64,000 nucleotides of DNA from positions 1,312,001 to 1,376,000 of the forward strand of contig OY760142.1 of the NCBI GenBank assembly GCA_963663225.1. Direction: 5' to 3'. Within the stretch, counting starts at the first letter, position 1, and each line of letters starts with the position of its first letter. This DNA is from Nitrospirota bacterium (GTDB lineage: Bacteria; Nitrospirota; UBA9217). A program made the position numbers and the translations under genes. Positions 29,936-40,492 of this stretch are shown here, piece after piece. Below the pieces are notes generated by a model. The model worked only from the letters and a program-made list of their open reading frames with translations, did no database searches and was not told where the DNA came from.

Positions 29936-32716
29936 TTATTTTCTGCCGCTCGCAAACGAATTGCCTGCCTCGGGCTCGTGAGAAGGCTTCCCTTCCAGAA
30001 CATCCCGTATTTTTTTTGAAAGCGTATCCGGACGCAAGGGTTTTGAAATAAAATGCGTTTTTTCTTTTTCAATTCCCTTTCGCTCGAGTACATCCGCAGT
30101 GTATCCGCTGATAAACAATATTTTTATATCCGGCCGGATGTTCTGCAGCTCCTTATGAACATCACGGGCGCTCAGGCCCGGCATGATCATATCAGAAATA
30201 ACCAACTGGATCCGTTCTTTGTTTTCTCTGAAAAGTTCGAGGGCTTGCTCCCCCTTGGCAGCCTCAAGGACTTCATATCCCAATCCTTCCAGCATGGTTT
30301 TCGTTACGTTCCTGACCACGTCGTCATCTTCTATAAGAAGAAGCATTTCCGTTCCGCGCACGATTGCGGATGCCGGCATTTTCCCGGTTTGTTGAGCTCC
30401 GGTTTGACTAAGCGGCAGATAAATTTTGAAACATGTACCCTTGCCCGGATCGCTGCTGACGCCGATAAAACCGCCGTGTTGTTTGATGGTTCCGTATACC
30501 ATTGCCAGCCCCAGTCCTGGGCCTTTGCCGACTTCCTTGGTCGTAAAAAAAGGTTCAAAAAGATGCTGCTGCATGGCACGGTCCATTCCCACCCCGGTGT
30601 CCGTGATGGAAATGAGAGCAAATTTCCCGGGGCTGCCATACCGCTGCTCTTGAATGAACTGTTCGCTTATTTCGGTGTCCTGAGTCGTGATTGTTAACGT
30701 TCCTCCCTGAGGCATTGCGTCCCGCGCATTTGCGGCAAGATTCAAGAGCGCTTGTTCTATCTGACCCATGTCTGCTCTGATCATCAGGGGGAAATCCGTC
30801 GTTTTGACTTCCAACGCAATGTCTTCGCCAAGGACCCGCGACAGCAGTTTTTTTGTGCTGTTCACGGTTTCATTAACATCGATGAGGATGGGGTGCATCA
30901 CCTGCTTTCGGCTGAAAGCGAGCAGGCTTTGCGTAAGGTTTGCGGCTTTTTCCGATGAGGTGAGAATTTGTTCGACATAATGATGCAAGGGGTCCGCTGC
31001 GGGCAATTTCATCCTCAGAAGATTCCCGTATCCGATTATTGCGGTCAGAATATTGTTGAAATCGTGCGCTACACCGCCTGCCAGCAACCCGACGACCTCC
31101 ATTTTCTGCGCCTGAATGAATTTTTCCTCAAGTTCTTTCTGTCTGGTAATGTCCTTATTTATGCCGATCATCCGCATCGGTTTGGCTTGAGCATCCCTGA
31201 GAACGACCCCCTCTGCTTTGATAATCCGCAGGGTTCCGTCCTGCTGTAGAATGCGGAACTCGGTGTCGAAATTTTTTTCTCCCCGGAAGGCCATCTGTGT
31301 CTCTGCCACGACGCGGTCTGCGTCGCCGGAGTGGAGTGCTTTCCTCCATGTTTCGAAGCGCACTGGAGAGGAGTCGTTGGGGATGCCGTAGAGCAGGAAC
31401 ATGCGATCGTCCCAGATGAAGGTATTGGCATACAAATCCCAGTCCCAAATGGCCAGACCGGTGGAAGCTGCTGCCATCTGAAGCCGCTGGGTTGTTTCCC
31501 GCAGCCGCTCGTCGTTTTTTCGCTTTGCGACTGCGATTGCCACATAGTCGACCAATTTTTCCAAAAGAAGGATTTTTTCTTCGGTAAAAAGTCCTTTCCG
31601 TTTGTCATGAAATTGAATCAAGGCCAGGGTTTCTCCCTGCGAGCGGATCGGAATCAAGATAACCGACTCATAACGGAAGAGGGAACACTGGACGCGTTTT
31701 GCAGCCAGCCGGGCGGCATCATAACTGTCCGTCAGCAGTTCTGAAAGGGCGTTTGTCCAAAAACTGCCGTGCGAGGTAAAAAAGGGCTTTGTTGCATCAA
31801 AGCTGCCGCGGAGAATACTGCCGCATATGCATGCAAGCGTGCGCAGGTCCGCAGGATTCTGGTCTCCACTATTTGGAGCGATACCGTCTGAACAGAGCGT
31901 ATTCTCCACCAGAGCAAAATCCTTGAGAGTGCTGCTTATTTCATAATACGGGAAGCTTTCACCTTCCTTCCGCCGGAATCCGATAGTTTCGCAGCCCGTG
32001 ATCTGCTGAAAAGAACGAGCCAAGTCCCTCATCAATTCCTGCAAGTCGCCTGCTCTGTTGCAAACACGCAACAGCTCAAGAGTCGCTTCCCGTTCCTCCT
32101 CGGCGCGCTTGCGTTCCGTTATGTTTTCAAAGACGGTTATAAAGCACCTGTTTTTCGCGCTGTAGACCGATATGGACAACCATAATTTGAGTGGTTTGAA
32201 GTCTATTTCCAATGTTTCCGGTTTGCCGGTTAAAGCAACGCGGCCGTAAATTTCGAACAGCTCCGGATGGGCCTCGCGGATTCCATGAATAACTTCGGAG
32301 ACTTTCTTGCCTTTCACATTTTTAAGGCCGGTCAGTTTTTTGAACGCACTGTTGACATCCAAATAAACGAAATCCACCGGGCGGTCCTGGTCGTCAAAAA
32401 TCATTCTGCAATAAGCAAATCCCTCCATCATATTTTCGAACAACAGGCTGAAACGCGCCTCGCTGTCCCGCAGGTCCCGCTCGGTCTGCTGATGTTTTAT
32501 AATGTCCCTTGCGATGAGATGATAAAGCAGAATGGCGGTCACAAAAATAAAAAAAAGACCTTTTCCGACGGCAATACGGACAAGAATCGCGGGGTCTTCT
32601 ACAAGCAGGCCGAGAATGGTATCAGAAAAGTATATCCATAATGCAGCAAATACCACATAAATGGCAATAATGCGCAATGCGGATCGATGTTCCATCCAGC
32701 TTTTTTTATTGTGCAT
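29936..32716 (-). CDS. hybrid sensor histidine kinase/response regulator (TM-PAS-GAF-PAS-HisKA-HATPase-REC)
   Basis: AGGVAHDFNNIL H-box, NARDAM, FEPFFTTK, GLGL and C-terminal receiver domain (DMIMP). Confidence 0.93.
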   Translation of the reverse strand: MHNKKSWMEHRSALRIIAIYVVFAALWIYFSDTILGLLVEDPAILVRIAVGKGLFFIFVTAILLYHLIARDIIKHQQTERDLRDSEARFSLLFENMMEGFAYCRMIFDDQDRPVDFVYLDVNSAFKKLTGLKNVKGKKVSEVIHGIREAHPELFEIYGRVALTGKPETLEIDFKPLKLWLSISVYSAKNRCFITVFENITERKRAEEEREATLELLRVCNRAGDLQELMRDLARSFQQITGCETIGFRRKEGESFPYYEISSTLKDFALVENTLCSDGIAPNSGDQNPADLRTLACICGSILRGSFDATKPFFTSHGSFWTNALSELLTDSYDAARLAAKRVQCSLFRYESVILIPIRSQGETLALIQFHDKRKGLFTEEKILLLEKLVDYVAIAVAKRKNDERLRETTQRLQMAAASTGLAIWDWDLYANTFIWDDRMFLLYGIPNDSSPVRFETWRKALHSGDADRVVAETQMAFRGEKNFDTEFRILQQDGTLRIIKAEGVVLRDAQAKPMRMIGINKDITRQKELEEKFIQAQKMEVVGLLAGGVAHDFNNILTAIIGYGNLLRMKLPAADPLHHYVEQILTSSEKAANLTQSLLAFSRKQVMHPILIDVNETVNSTKKLLSRVLGEDIALEVKTTDFPLMIRADMGQIEQALLNLAANARDAMPQGGTLTITTQDTEISEQFIQEQRYGSPGKFALISITDTGVGMDRAMQQHLFEPFFTTKEVGKGPGLGLAMVYGTIKQHGGFIGVSSDPGKGTCFKIYLPLSQTGAQQTGKMPASAIVRGTEMLLLIEDDDVVRNVTKTMLEGLGYEVLEAAKGEQALELFRENKERIQLVISDMIMPGLSARDVHKELQNIRPDIKILFISGYTADVLERKGIEKEKTHFISKPLRPDTLSKKIRDVLEGKPSHEPEAGNSFASGRK

Positions 32717-33089
32717 AAGGCAGTACCCCCAAAGACGATAACAAAGAAATTATAATGGATGAGTAATAAACCATCCGGCTGTCTGCTGGAACTGTGCTCA
32801 CTATACTTTGTGTGCTTGTAAAAAGTGCACAATTATCAGCGCCGGAAAAGCAGTACTGATTAATGCAAGGCTGAACTTGGTTTAAAGAAAGGAACGTCGG
32901 CGTTGCTGCAAAACGGTTTTTGTGACGCAGATGTTGGCAATAGCATGCAACTATAGCAAAGTAATTTTAGCATTTGCAAAGCGGGAAAACAACAAAAAAC
33001 GCTGAGCCGCTGCTGTTAATCACACAAAGGAGATCAATTCGCTTCAATGTACAACTTTCGAACGAAGTATTTTAATTTTCGGCAAAAAA

Positions 33090-33105
33090 TGCCGTACCCG
33101 TGCCA
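33090..33105 (-). promoter_or_regulatory. putative sigma54 promoter facing the hybrid kinase
   Basis: minus-strand TGGCACGGGTACGGCA: perfect -24 box, GG-N10-GC spacing, weak -12. Confidence 0.4.
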
Positions 33106-33177
33106 AAATTTTCACATATTAATGTGCCTTAAACATGCTGGTGCTGGAAACAGTTTGTTTTTGCAGAAAATAAAAAA

Positions 33178-33193
33178 TGGTATGCATAATGCA
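33178..33193 (+). promoter_or_regulatory. putative sigma54 promoter of the small ORF at 33237
   Basis: TGGTATGCATAATGCA with GG-N10-GC spacing, about 45 nt upstream of the ATG. Confidence 0.5.
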
Positions 33194-33236
33194 GACATGT
33201 GATCAGAAGACAATGAGTAAAGGATGGCTCTTAGCT

Positions 33237-33404
33237 ATGGAAAACAATGCTGTGAAAATATGCAACTGCGAGGATAAGCAGGACGTACTGAATATTCTTA
33301 TGGACAGCTCATTATATCTTGAGCTGGCCCTGAACGAACGATACCTTTTACTAAAACGCATTGTTGAATACTATCGTGATACAATCGTGCAGAATGTCGT
33401 GTGA
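33237..33404 (+). CDS. small hypothetical protein (55 aa)
   Basis: AAGGA RBS, amphipathic helical sequence, upstream sigma54-like promoter. Confidence 0.55.
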   Translation: MENNAVKICNCEDKQDVLNILMDSSLYLELALNERYLLLKRIVEYYRDTIVQNVV

Positions 33405-33437
33405 GTTGCTGCCATGCTCATTCGCGCAAAAAGAAGG

Positions 33438-34691
33438 TTATTCGCTTCCGTTCAGGTATTTAACCCACGCAATTCCTTCCTGTGCTGATTTGCAGGTTGC
33501 GGGATAATCGTTGCATAAGTTGAGAGCAGTTTGAAACGCACGGTCAGCTCCGGCATAATCTTTTAACTGCAAGTACGCATGCCCCTGCCTAGCCATTGCT
33601 GCAGCATAGTATTTTGTCTGGTCGGAATAACGTTCTGCGAAACGGTCAGCTTCTATAATCGCCCTTCTATAGTCCCTGAGATATTTGTCATAAATCTCGA
33701 TCATGCCGAGCTGTGCTTTTGCGCATGCAGTCCGGTCCTGAGGGAAATAATAAGAAACCGCCGAATACGCAACCGCCTGTTTCTTCCAGTGCTTCGATCC
33801 TTTGTCTCCCCAGGTGGCAACAGCATAATCCAGTTGGCCCGCTCCATCCTGCTGCCGTTCGATTTTTTCTCTGTCCGTGTGAAGCAGCCAAACAGGGCTT
33901 GTTTTTGCTTCTGCCCAGGTTGCAGCCGGGGCATGGTAGTTTTGAAAAAACAAGATCAGGAGAGGAACTGCCCAGATGCCGTTGAAAAAAATATGCACCA
34001 GTATCGGGGAGAGAAGACTTTTTCGATACTCATACACCAGGGCGAACGCAATACCCAGCAAAAAAACGGCGAAACTGTTCAGAGCATTGTAATTATGGAG
34101 CACTGAAAAAACTGCGGCCTGAGCGACCGAAGCCAGCCAGAGGGGAAGGCGGGTTTTCAGCGCGTTGTAGAGAAATCCTCTGAAAAAAAACTCCTCGACA
34201 ACGGGGCCTATCGTGACAGCCATAATCAAAATGGCCAGGGCAAGAAAGGAATTAGGCGCATTCTGCAACCACTGCAGCATCGGGTCCATGCTGCGCTGTA
34301 TTTTAAACAAAACTTCCACGAGTTTTACCGCCGGTCCGATAAACAACCCAATCAGTAAAACACAGGTGATACCTATTATTGTTTCCTGGAAAATTACCGA
34401 AGGCTGTAGCGAGTTGATCAGAGGCCAGGCATTCCGTTTTCTGGTGACGGTGAATGCATAGAAGAAAAGTGAGCCAAAGAGGAGCATCTGCGCGAAGAAG
34501 GCGACGGGAGCCGCAAGCCAGGGGCGGTAGTATAATGCTTTGGAGTGGTGGGCCGCCAAACCGACGGTTGCGAAGACCGCCAGAAGCAGCAATCCGAGAA
34601 GGATATCTTTGAGCGGCCAGAGAACAGGTTCCCCCAGTTCCCGGGAAGCCGCAGGGGAGTCCGGCTGATCAGCAGAGGTGTCGTGTGTCAC
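33438..34691 (-). CDS. CPBP (type II CAAX/Abi) intramembrane metalloprotease fused to a C-terminal TPR-like domain
   Basis: VEEFFFRG, FSVLH and HIFFN motifs; soluble helical-repeat C-terminus. Confidence 0.85.
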   Translation of the reverse strand: MTHDTSADQPDSPAASRELGEPVLWPLKDILLGLLLLAVFATVGLAAHHSKALYYRPWLAAPVAFFAQMLLFGSLFFYAFTVTRKRNAWPLINSLQPSVIFQETIIGITCVLLIGLFIGPAVKLVEVLFKIQRSMDPMLQWLQNAPNSFLALAILIMAVTIGPVVEEFFFRGFLYNALKTRLPLWLASVAQAAVFSVLHNYNALNSFAVFLLGIAFALVYEYRKSLLSPILVHIFFNGIWAVPLLILFFQNYHAPAATWAEAKTSPVWLLHTDREKIERQQDGAGQLDYAVATWGDKGSKHWKKQAVAYSAVSYYFPQDRTACAKAQLGMIEIYDKYLRDYRRAIIEADRFAERYSDQTKYYAAAMARQGHAYLQLKDYAGADRAFQTALNLCNDYPATCKSAQEGIAWVKYLNGSE

Positions 34692-35071
34692 GTTCCGTCC
34701 TTTAACTTGTCTTTCAGCAGGTCGCCGAGTGTTGTCAAAGGTTTGTAATCCACCGCGGTCTTTTTTCTGCCTTCAGTGCTTCCGTTGCTGTAAACGTCAG
34801 CGTCGAGGTATTCCTGGTGCTCATTATCATGACAATACAGGCAGAGTAACTCCCAGTTGCTGCCGTCCGGTGGATTGTTATCGTGGTTGTGGTCTTTGTG
34901 ATGAACCGTGAGTTCCCGTAGTTTTTTCCCAGAAAAATCACGACCGCATCTGGCGCAGATCCACGGGAACAGCTTGAGCGCCTGCTCGCGATAGCCCTGT
35001 TCCCGAAGTTCCCGAACGCGCCGGGCTTCGGCAATGATGTCGCTTTTTGTCTGATTGTTGTTGTCCGGCAT
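34688..35071 (-). CDS. yajD: YajD-family HNH nuclease
   Basis: GYREQALKLFPWICARCGR, LTVHHKDHNHDNNPPDGSNWELLCLYCHDNEH. Confidence 0.93.
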   Translation of the reverse strand: MPDNNNQTKSDIIAEARRVRELREQGYREQALKLFPWICARCGRDFSGKKLRELTVHHKDHNHDNNPPDGSNWELLCLYCHDNEHQEYLDADVYSNGSTEGRKKTAVDYKPLTTLGDLLKDKLKDGT

Positions 35072-35132
35072 TCGAAAAAAGTTCCCAGAAACGGATTGCG
35101 AACAAAAAAATAAAAAGGCCTCAGATGATACG

Positions 35133-36152
35133 TCAGTAAGGCCGCATCGTTTCATCGGCGCTGCAAGCACAGGCGGCTGGAATGGCGCAGGCCGTGCGTG
35201 AAAAGAAATCTCCGATTTCTTTTTTTACTTCGTCAGCCCGCTCCCGGCGGTTGACTTTTTCTCTGAAATCAGCCCCCCCGTGCAGCCCCTTCGTATACCA
35301 GCAGAGGTGCTTCCGCATTTCACGGATTGCCGCACTTTCACCAACGAGCCTGATCATGTCATCAAAATGCCTGTGCATAAGCGTTTGGCGCTCCTCATGG
35401 GACGGAGGAGCAGGCAGAGCGCCGGTTTTCAGATATTGCTTCGCTTCCCTGAATATCCAGGGATATCCCTGCGCGGCCCTGCCGATCATGACGCCGTTGC
35501 ATCCGGTCTCATCTAGAAGCTTTTTCGCATCCAGGGCAGTACGAACATCGCCATTGCCGATTACGGGTATGTTTACAGCAGCTTTTACCCGTGCAATCGC
35601 GTTCCAGTCTGCATGACCGGAGAAGCCTTGCGCTTTGGTTCTGCCGTGCACAATGAGCGCGCTGACACCAACAGATTCAGCAATCCGTGCCAGATCCGGC
35701 GCAACCAGGCTGTTTGCGTCCCAACCGAGGCGAATCTTTACCGAAACCGGCACTTTTGAAGCGCCGACAACCGCCGTCATGATCTCCTTCGCCAGTCCAA
35801 TGTCGCGCAGCAGGGCGGCCCCCGCACCGCTTTTTAATATCTTCGGTACCGGACATCCCATATTGACATCAATGCAATCCACACCACCCTGCGAAATAAT
35901 GCGGACAGCTTCTGCCATGGACCGGGGTTTTGAACCGAAAATCTGGAAAACAACCGGCCGTTCGGCGGGATTCGTGTGAAGCATTCCTTTGGTGCGCCTG
36001 TGCTCGCGAATCAGCGCTTCGACGCTCACCATTTCGGAGAACACGAGGCCCGCGCCAAGTTCCTTGCAGATCAGACGGAACGGAAAATCCGTAATTCCGG
36101 CCATAGGCGCAAGAACAAGGGGGTTTTCTTTCAGAATGTCCTTAAGAGACAT
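35133..36152 (-). CDS. dusB: tRNA-dihydrouridine synthase DusB
   Basis: LAPMAG, NMGCP, VKIRLGW, VHGRT, GNGD and MIGR motifs. Confidence 0.93.
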   Translation of the reverse strand: MSLKDILKENPLVLAPMAGITDFPFRLICKELGAGLVFSEMVSVEALIREHRRTKGMLHTNPAERPVVFQIFGSKPRSMAEAVRIISQGGVDCIDVNMGCPVPKILKSGAGAALLRDIGLAKEIMTAVVGASKVPVSVKIRLGWDANSLVAPDLARIAESVGVSALIVHGRTKAQGFSGHADWNAIARVKAAVNIPVIGNGDVRTALDAKKLLDETGCNGVMIGRAAQGYPWIFREAKQYLKTGALPAPPSHEERQTLMHRHFDDMIRLVGESAAIREMRKHLCWYTKGLHGGADFREKVNRRERADEVKKEIGDFFSRTACAIPAACACSADETMRPY

Positions 36153-36227
36153 GCGGCTATTATAACCGATAGAAGCGAAAATGCGAACGCTTTTTGCTTG
36201 GAAGGGTCTCGGTAACTGAAGAAGATG

Positions 36228-36689
36228 CTACTGTCTGAATGTTTGATGGCACTTTACGCAAGCGGCCAGGAGCATGTTTGTGATTCGCTGCATTTCCCGC
36301 TGATTATTGTGCCTCGCCGCGCGGTCCAGAGCTTCCAGCTTGGCGCGAAACTTCAAGTCCATGTCGATGAACTCCGGAATCCGCGCCGGGTTTTTGGGAA
36401 GGGTTACCGTCCTTGTCCGGACCCCTTCAAGGGTCTTATCCATGGTGCCGTGCATGGACAGGATGGCTTTATGCACCTTATCACTGTCGCCGAGAGCAAC
36501 TGCTGACACTATTTTCCCAAAAGCGCTGTCGTGAGTCATCATCTCCTCAATGAGAGGGCTTTGCGCCGAGGATTGCCCGGCTGAGTGCGTCGAATCCTCA
36601 TTCTGGCCTGAAACAACCGGAATGGGAAGGCCTGCGATACAACAGCATACAAGCGCAATCAGTATGGTATTTCGGAATAAGCGATTCAT
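36228..36689 (-). CDS. periplasmic class II (cytochrome c'-like) c-type cytochrome
   Basis: signal peptide, helical sequence, single C-terminal CVKCH heme-binding motif. Confidence 0.8.
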   Translation of the reverse strand: MNRLFRNTILIALVCCCIAGLPIPVVSGQNEDSTHSAGQSSAQSPLIEEMMTHDSAFGKIVSAVALGDSDKVHKAILSMHGTMDKTLEGVRTRTVTLPKNPARIPEFIDMDLKFRAKLEALDRAARHNNQREMQRITNMLLAACVKCHQTFRQ

Positions 36690-36894
36690 AAGGACACTCC
36701 CTGGCTTGCACCGGACGGCAGGCCAGGAAAAGAAAGCCTGTCTCCGGAGCCGAAAAGTTAGAATGGGTGATTATACCAGAAAAAAGGCGGCAAGACGACA
36801 ACAGAAATGAAAAAATACGAGATGCTCTGATCCGCCTTCAGCTGCCCGCAGGGGATACCCGACTTCAAAGCAGGAATGAAGAGGCAGAAAAACC

Positions 36895-36923
36895 TTGACA
36901 TTGATGGACTTATCTTATATATT
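36895..36923 (+). promoter_or_regulatory. sigma70 promoter of the ffh-rpsP operon
   Basis: TTGACA-N17-TATATT. Confidence 0.7.
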
Positions 36924-36955
36924 CTATCTTCTTTATTCTTTACCAGGTGTATTCC

Positions 36956-38281
36956 ATGTTTGATTCCCTGACGGGTAAATTAGAATCTGTCTTTAAAAAA
37001 CTGCGCGGCAGGGGCCTTCTTAAGGAAGCTGACGTCAAAGAATCCCTGCGGGAAGTACGTCTGGCGCTTCTGGAAGCTGATGTAAACTTCAAAGTTGTCA
37101 AGGACTTTATCGGCCGGGTGCAGGAGCGGGCCATTGGTCAGGAGATTCTGTCCAGCCTTACTCCCGGCCAGCAGGTCGTTAAAGTTGTGCACGAAGAGCT
37201 TGCCTCGCTTTTGGGGGGCACGCAGGCAAAGCTCCATTTAGCGCCGAACCCGCCCACGGTCATTATGATGGTGGGATTGCAGGGGTCCGGTAAAACGACT
37301 ACCGCCGGCAAGCTGGCAAAAATGTTTAAAAAAGACGGGCGGCGGGTCCTGCTGGTTCCTGCGGACACGCGCAGACCGGCGGCAATCCAGCAGCTTGTTA
37401 CCCTGTCAAAACAGGTGGGAGTTGATGCATACTCGTCGGATCAGACGGATCCGGTCGTTATCTGCCGCGAATCGGTGAAACATGCGGCATCATCGCTTTA
37501 CGAGGTGGTGATCCTCGATACTGCGGGCCGGCTGCAGATTGATGAGCCGCTTATCGAGGAACTCCGGCAGATCAAGTCCGCAGTAGCTCCGCACGAAGTG
37601 CTGCTCGTAGCAGACGCCATGACCGGCCAGGAGGCCGTGAACATCGCGGAGAAGTTCAACTCGTCCGTGGGCCTCGACGGCGTGGTGCTGACCAAACTTG
37701 ACGGCGATGCCCGGGGCGGCGCGGCGCTTTCAGTCAGGGCCGTGACCGGAAAACCGCTCAAGTTTGTGGGCATGGGCGAAAAACTCGACGCCCTTGAGCC
37801 GTTCCACCCGGACCGCATGGCGTCGCGCATTCTCGGAATGGGCGATGTGTTATCGCTGATTGAGAAGGCGCAGGAGTCTGTAGACCGGGAAGAAGCCCTC
37901 GAACTTGCAAAGAAGCTGAAAAAGAATTCTTTTGACCTGGATGATTTCCGGAACCAGCTTAAGCAGGTCAAAAAACTCGGCGGTCTTGAATCAATCATGG
38001 GGATGGTTCCCGGGTTGAAAAAAGTCAAGCTGCCGGATGCGCAAGTAAACGAAAAGGAATTGGCAAAGGTTGACGCGATCATCTGCTCAATGACGCCGAA
38101 AGAGCGGACGGATTATACGATCATTAACGGCAGCCGGCGTGCCCGCATCGCAAAAGGAAGCGGGACCCAGGTGCAGGATGTGAACCGGCTTCTCAAGCAG
38201 TTTGCCGAAATGCGCAAGATGATGAAGTCCATGTCCGGCGGCAAGATGAGCAGGATGTTCGGAGGCAGGATGCCGTTTTAG
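36956..38281 (+). CDS. ffh: signal recognition particle protein Ffh
   Basis: [24 protein letters not shown] motifs and Met-rich M domain. Confidence 0.98.
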   Translation: MFDSLTGKLESVFKKLRGRGLLKEADVKESLREVRLALLEADVNFKVVKDFIGRVQERAIGQEILSSLTPGQQVVKVVHEELASLLGGTQAKLHLAPNPPTVIMMVGLQGSGKTTTAGKLAKMFKKDGRRVLLVPADTRRPAAIQQLVTLSKQVGVDAYSSDQTDPVVICRESVKHAASSLYEVVILDTAGRLQIDEPLIEELRQIKSAVAPHEVLLVADAMTGQEAVNIAEKFNSSVGLDGVVLTKLDGDARGGAALSVRAVTGKPLKFVGMGEKLDALEPFHPDRMASRILGMGDVLSLIEKAQESVDREEALELAKKLKKNSFDLDDFRNQLKQVKKLGGLESIMGMVPGLKKVKLPDAQVNEKELAKVDAIICSMTPKERTDYTIINGSRRARIAKGSGTQVQDVNRLLKQFAEMRKMMKSMSGGKMSRMFGGRMPF

Positions 38282-38372
38282 CATCCGGGCCGGTTTTTTC
38301 CGCAACGATGGACAGCGGGCATATATATTCCGAGAAACGAAGGAAATTGATCAAGAAGAAAGAGGTGGACAC

Positions 38373-38636
38373 ATGGCAGTAAGAATCAGACTCAAGAGAA
38401 TGGGAACCCACAAGAAGCCGTATTATCGTCTGGTTGTGGCGGATTCCCGGTCGCCGAGAGACGGTCGTTTCATTGAGATGGTCGGCACCTACGACCCGCT
38501 CAAGAAACCCGCGGAGATCAAGGTTGATCAGGAAAAAACGCTCGGCTGGCTCAAGAAAGGCGCTGTCCCGTCCGACACGGTAAAGACCCTGCTTTCGAAA
38601 ATCGGGGTCATGAAGCAGCACGCGGCGGCAAAGTAA
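38373..38636 (+). CDS. rpsP: 30S ribosomal protein S16
   Basis: [11 protein letters not shown]...[14 protein letters not shown]. Confidence 0.98.
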   Translation: MAVRIRLKRMGTHKKPYYRLVVADSRSPRDGRFIEMVGTYDPLKKPAEIKVDQEKTLGWLKKGAVPSDTVKTLLSKIGVMKQHAAAK

Positions 38637-38684
38637 CAAGCGACGGATTCAAGGACTGACGTTCCGCACGCAGGCGGCTGTCCG

Positions 38685-39194
38685 GTGCGTATGCTTATAT
38701 CAATCGGCAGAGTGCTAAAACCCTGGGGAGTCAGGGGCGAGGTGAAGGTTGAGACGCTGACGGATTTTCCGGAGCGGTTTAAAGATCTTCACCGCATATA
38801 CCTGGAGTCTCCTTCCGGAAAGAAAATCAGCGCTGAGATATCCGCAGCACGATATGTTGATGGTGTCCCGTTTCTCCTGATTGCCGGTTACGATACGCCG
38901 GAAAAGTCCAGAACGCTCAACGGATGGTACATCCGAATTCCGCGGGAGGAGGCGGTTCCTCTTCCGGAAGGCAGCTACTACTGGTTTGAACTCATTGGGA
39001 TGGAGGTCGTTTCAGAGGGTGGAGAAAAACTCGGAACGATTACCGACATCTTTGAAACAGGGAGCAATGACGTTTATGTGATTAAACGCGGCCGGAAGGA
39101 AAGCTATATTCCGGCCACGCGAGAGGTGGTCAAACAGGTCGACAAAGCATCAAACAGGATGGTTATCCATCTTATGGACGGCCTGATGGAATGA
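38685..39194 (+). CDS. rimM: ribosome maturation factor RimM
   Basis: GVRGEVK, YYWFELIG and TGSNDV motifs; synteny. Confidence 0.95.
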   Translation: MRMLISIGRVLKPWGVRGEVKVETLTDFPERFKDLHRIYLESPSGKKISAEISAARYVDGVPFLLIAGYDTPEKSRTLNGWYIRIPREEAVPLPEGSYYWFELIGMEVVSEGGEKLGTITDIFETGSNDVYVIKRGRKESYIPATREVVKQVDKASNRMVIHLMDGLME

Positions 39195-39973
39195 AGCAAA
39201 AACCGGAACCGGGAATGCGCAAACTGAACTTTGAGGTGCTTACGTTGTTTCCGGGGATCCTCGCAGGGCCCCTGCATGAGAGCATTCTGAAGCGGGGCAG
39301 GGAAAAAGGGCTCCTGCAGGTAACGATCCGGAACATCCGCGATTATACGATTGATAAACACAAGACTGCGGATGACAGCCCGTACGGCGGCGGGGCGGGC
39401 ATGGTGCTCAAACCCGAACCGATTTTCAACGCGTTCAATGCGATAAAGGCTGAGCACCCGGATGAGGAATTTCTGACAATTCTTCTTTCCCCCCAGGGCC
39501 GAGTGTTCGACCAGCAGCAGGCGGAGCGGCTCTCTGAAGAAAAACGGAGAATCGTTCTGCTGTGCGGCCACTATGAGGCCGTTGACGAGCGGGTGGTGCA
39601 AACGCTTGTTGATGAGGAATTGTCCGTCGGCGACTACGTGCTGACCGGCGGTGAACTTGCGGCGCTTGTGGTGATCGACGCTGCGGCACGGCTTTTGCCC
39701 GGTGTTTTGGGTGACGAAGAATCGGCCTATCGCGATTCTTTCGGAGACGGCCTGCTTGATCATCCGCACTACACGCGGCCCGCAGAATTTTGCGGCATCA
39801 GGGTGCCTGAGGTTCTTCTCTCCGGAAACCACGCTGAAATCGAGCATTGGCGCCGGAAGGAATCCCTCAAAGCAACGCTGATAAAAAGGCCGGATCTTAT
39901 CGCAACGGCTGATTTGACCGACGAGGACCGCAGAATACTGGCGGATTTGAAGCAGGAATTGAATATCAATTGA
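39191..39973 (+). CDS. trmD: tRNA (guanine37-N1)-methyltransferase TrmD
   Basis: DDSPYGGGAGM, LSPQG, SVGDYVLTGGE and YTRP motifs. Confidence 0.97.
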   Translation: MKQKPEPGMRKLNFEVLTLFPGILAGPLHESILKRGREKGLLQVTIRNIRDYTIDKHKTADDSPYGGGAGMVLKPEPIFNAFNAIKAEHPDEEFLTILLSPQGRVFDQQQAERLSEEKRRIVLLCGHYEAVDERVVQTLVDEELSVGDYVLTGGELAALVVIDAAARLLPGVLGDEESAYRDSFGDGLLDHPHYTRPAEFCGIRVPEVLLSGNHAEIEHWRRKESLKATLIKRPDLIATADLTDEDRRILADLKQELNIN

Positions 39974-40057
39974 TACAGCATACGGGCAGATGATAAACAA
40001 GCGTTTTCCACCTGCCGGGTATCGTGAATCTTGGTTCTGTTTTTAAGGAGGTTTGCA

Positions 40058-40462
40058 ATGGCGATGAATATCATTCAATCACTGGAGAAGGCGCAGCTAA
40101 AGGAAGGGATTCCGAGCTTCCGCGTGGGCGACACCATCCGCGTTCATGCGAAGGTCGTAGAAGGAGACAAGGAAAGGATCCAGGTCTATGAAGGCGTGGT
40201 AATCGGCCGGCAGGGTGCGGGTGCGCGGGAAGTCATCCGCGTTCGGAAGCTGTCCTACGGCGTCGGCGTCGAACGCCTGTTCCCACTCCATTCACCGATG
40301 ATCGATAAAATTGAGCTGGCAAAGCAGGGGAAAGTCCGCAGGGCAAAGCTTTACTTCCTGCGAGAGCTTCGCGGAAAAGCCGCCCGCATCAAGGAAAAAG
40401 AGAACGTCCTGGCATCGGCAGCAGGTCGAAGCCAGTCGGTAGCGCCTTCGGACCAGAAATAA
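40058..40462 (+). CDS. rplS: 50S ribosomal protein L19
   Basis: [19 protein letters not shown] and GKVRRAKLY motifs; AAGGAGG RBS. Confidence 0.97.
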   Translation: MAMNIIQSLEKAQLKEGIPSFRVGDTIRVHAKVVEGDKERIQVYEGVVIGRQGAGAREVIRVRKLSYGVGVERLFPLHSPMIDKIELAKQGKVRRAKLYFLRELRGKAARIKEKENVLASAAGRSQSVAPSDQK

Positions 40463-40492
40463 CAGTGAAGCGATTACGAGCACTGTTCAGGC

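Noticed and set aside
30510-30540. G2 box variant GKGPGLGL in the hybrid kinase
   Set aside because: A single substitution with all other kinase boxes intact; not enough to call it a pseudokinase.
32935-32952. Third sigma54-like box TGGCAATAGCATGCA
   Set aside because: GG-to-GC spacing is one base short of the strict -24/-12 requirement.
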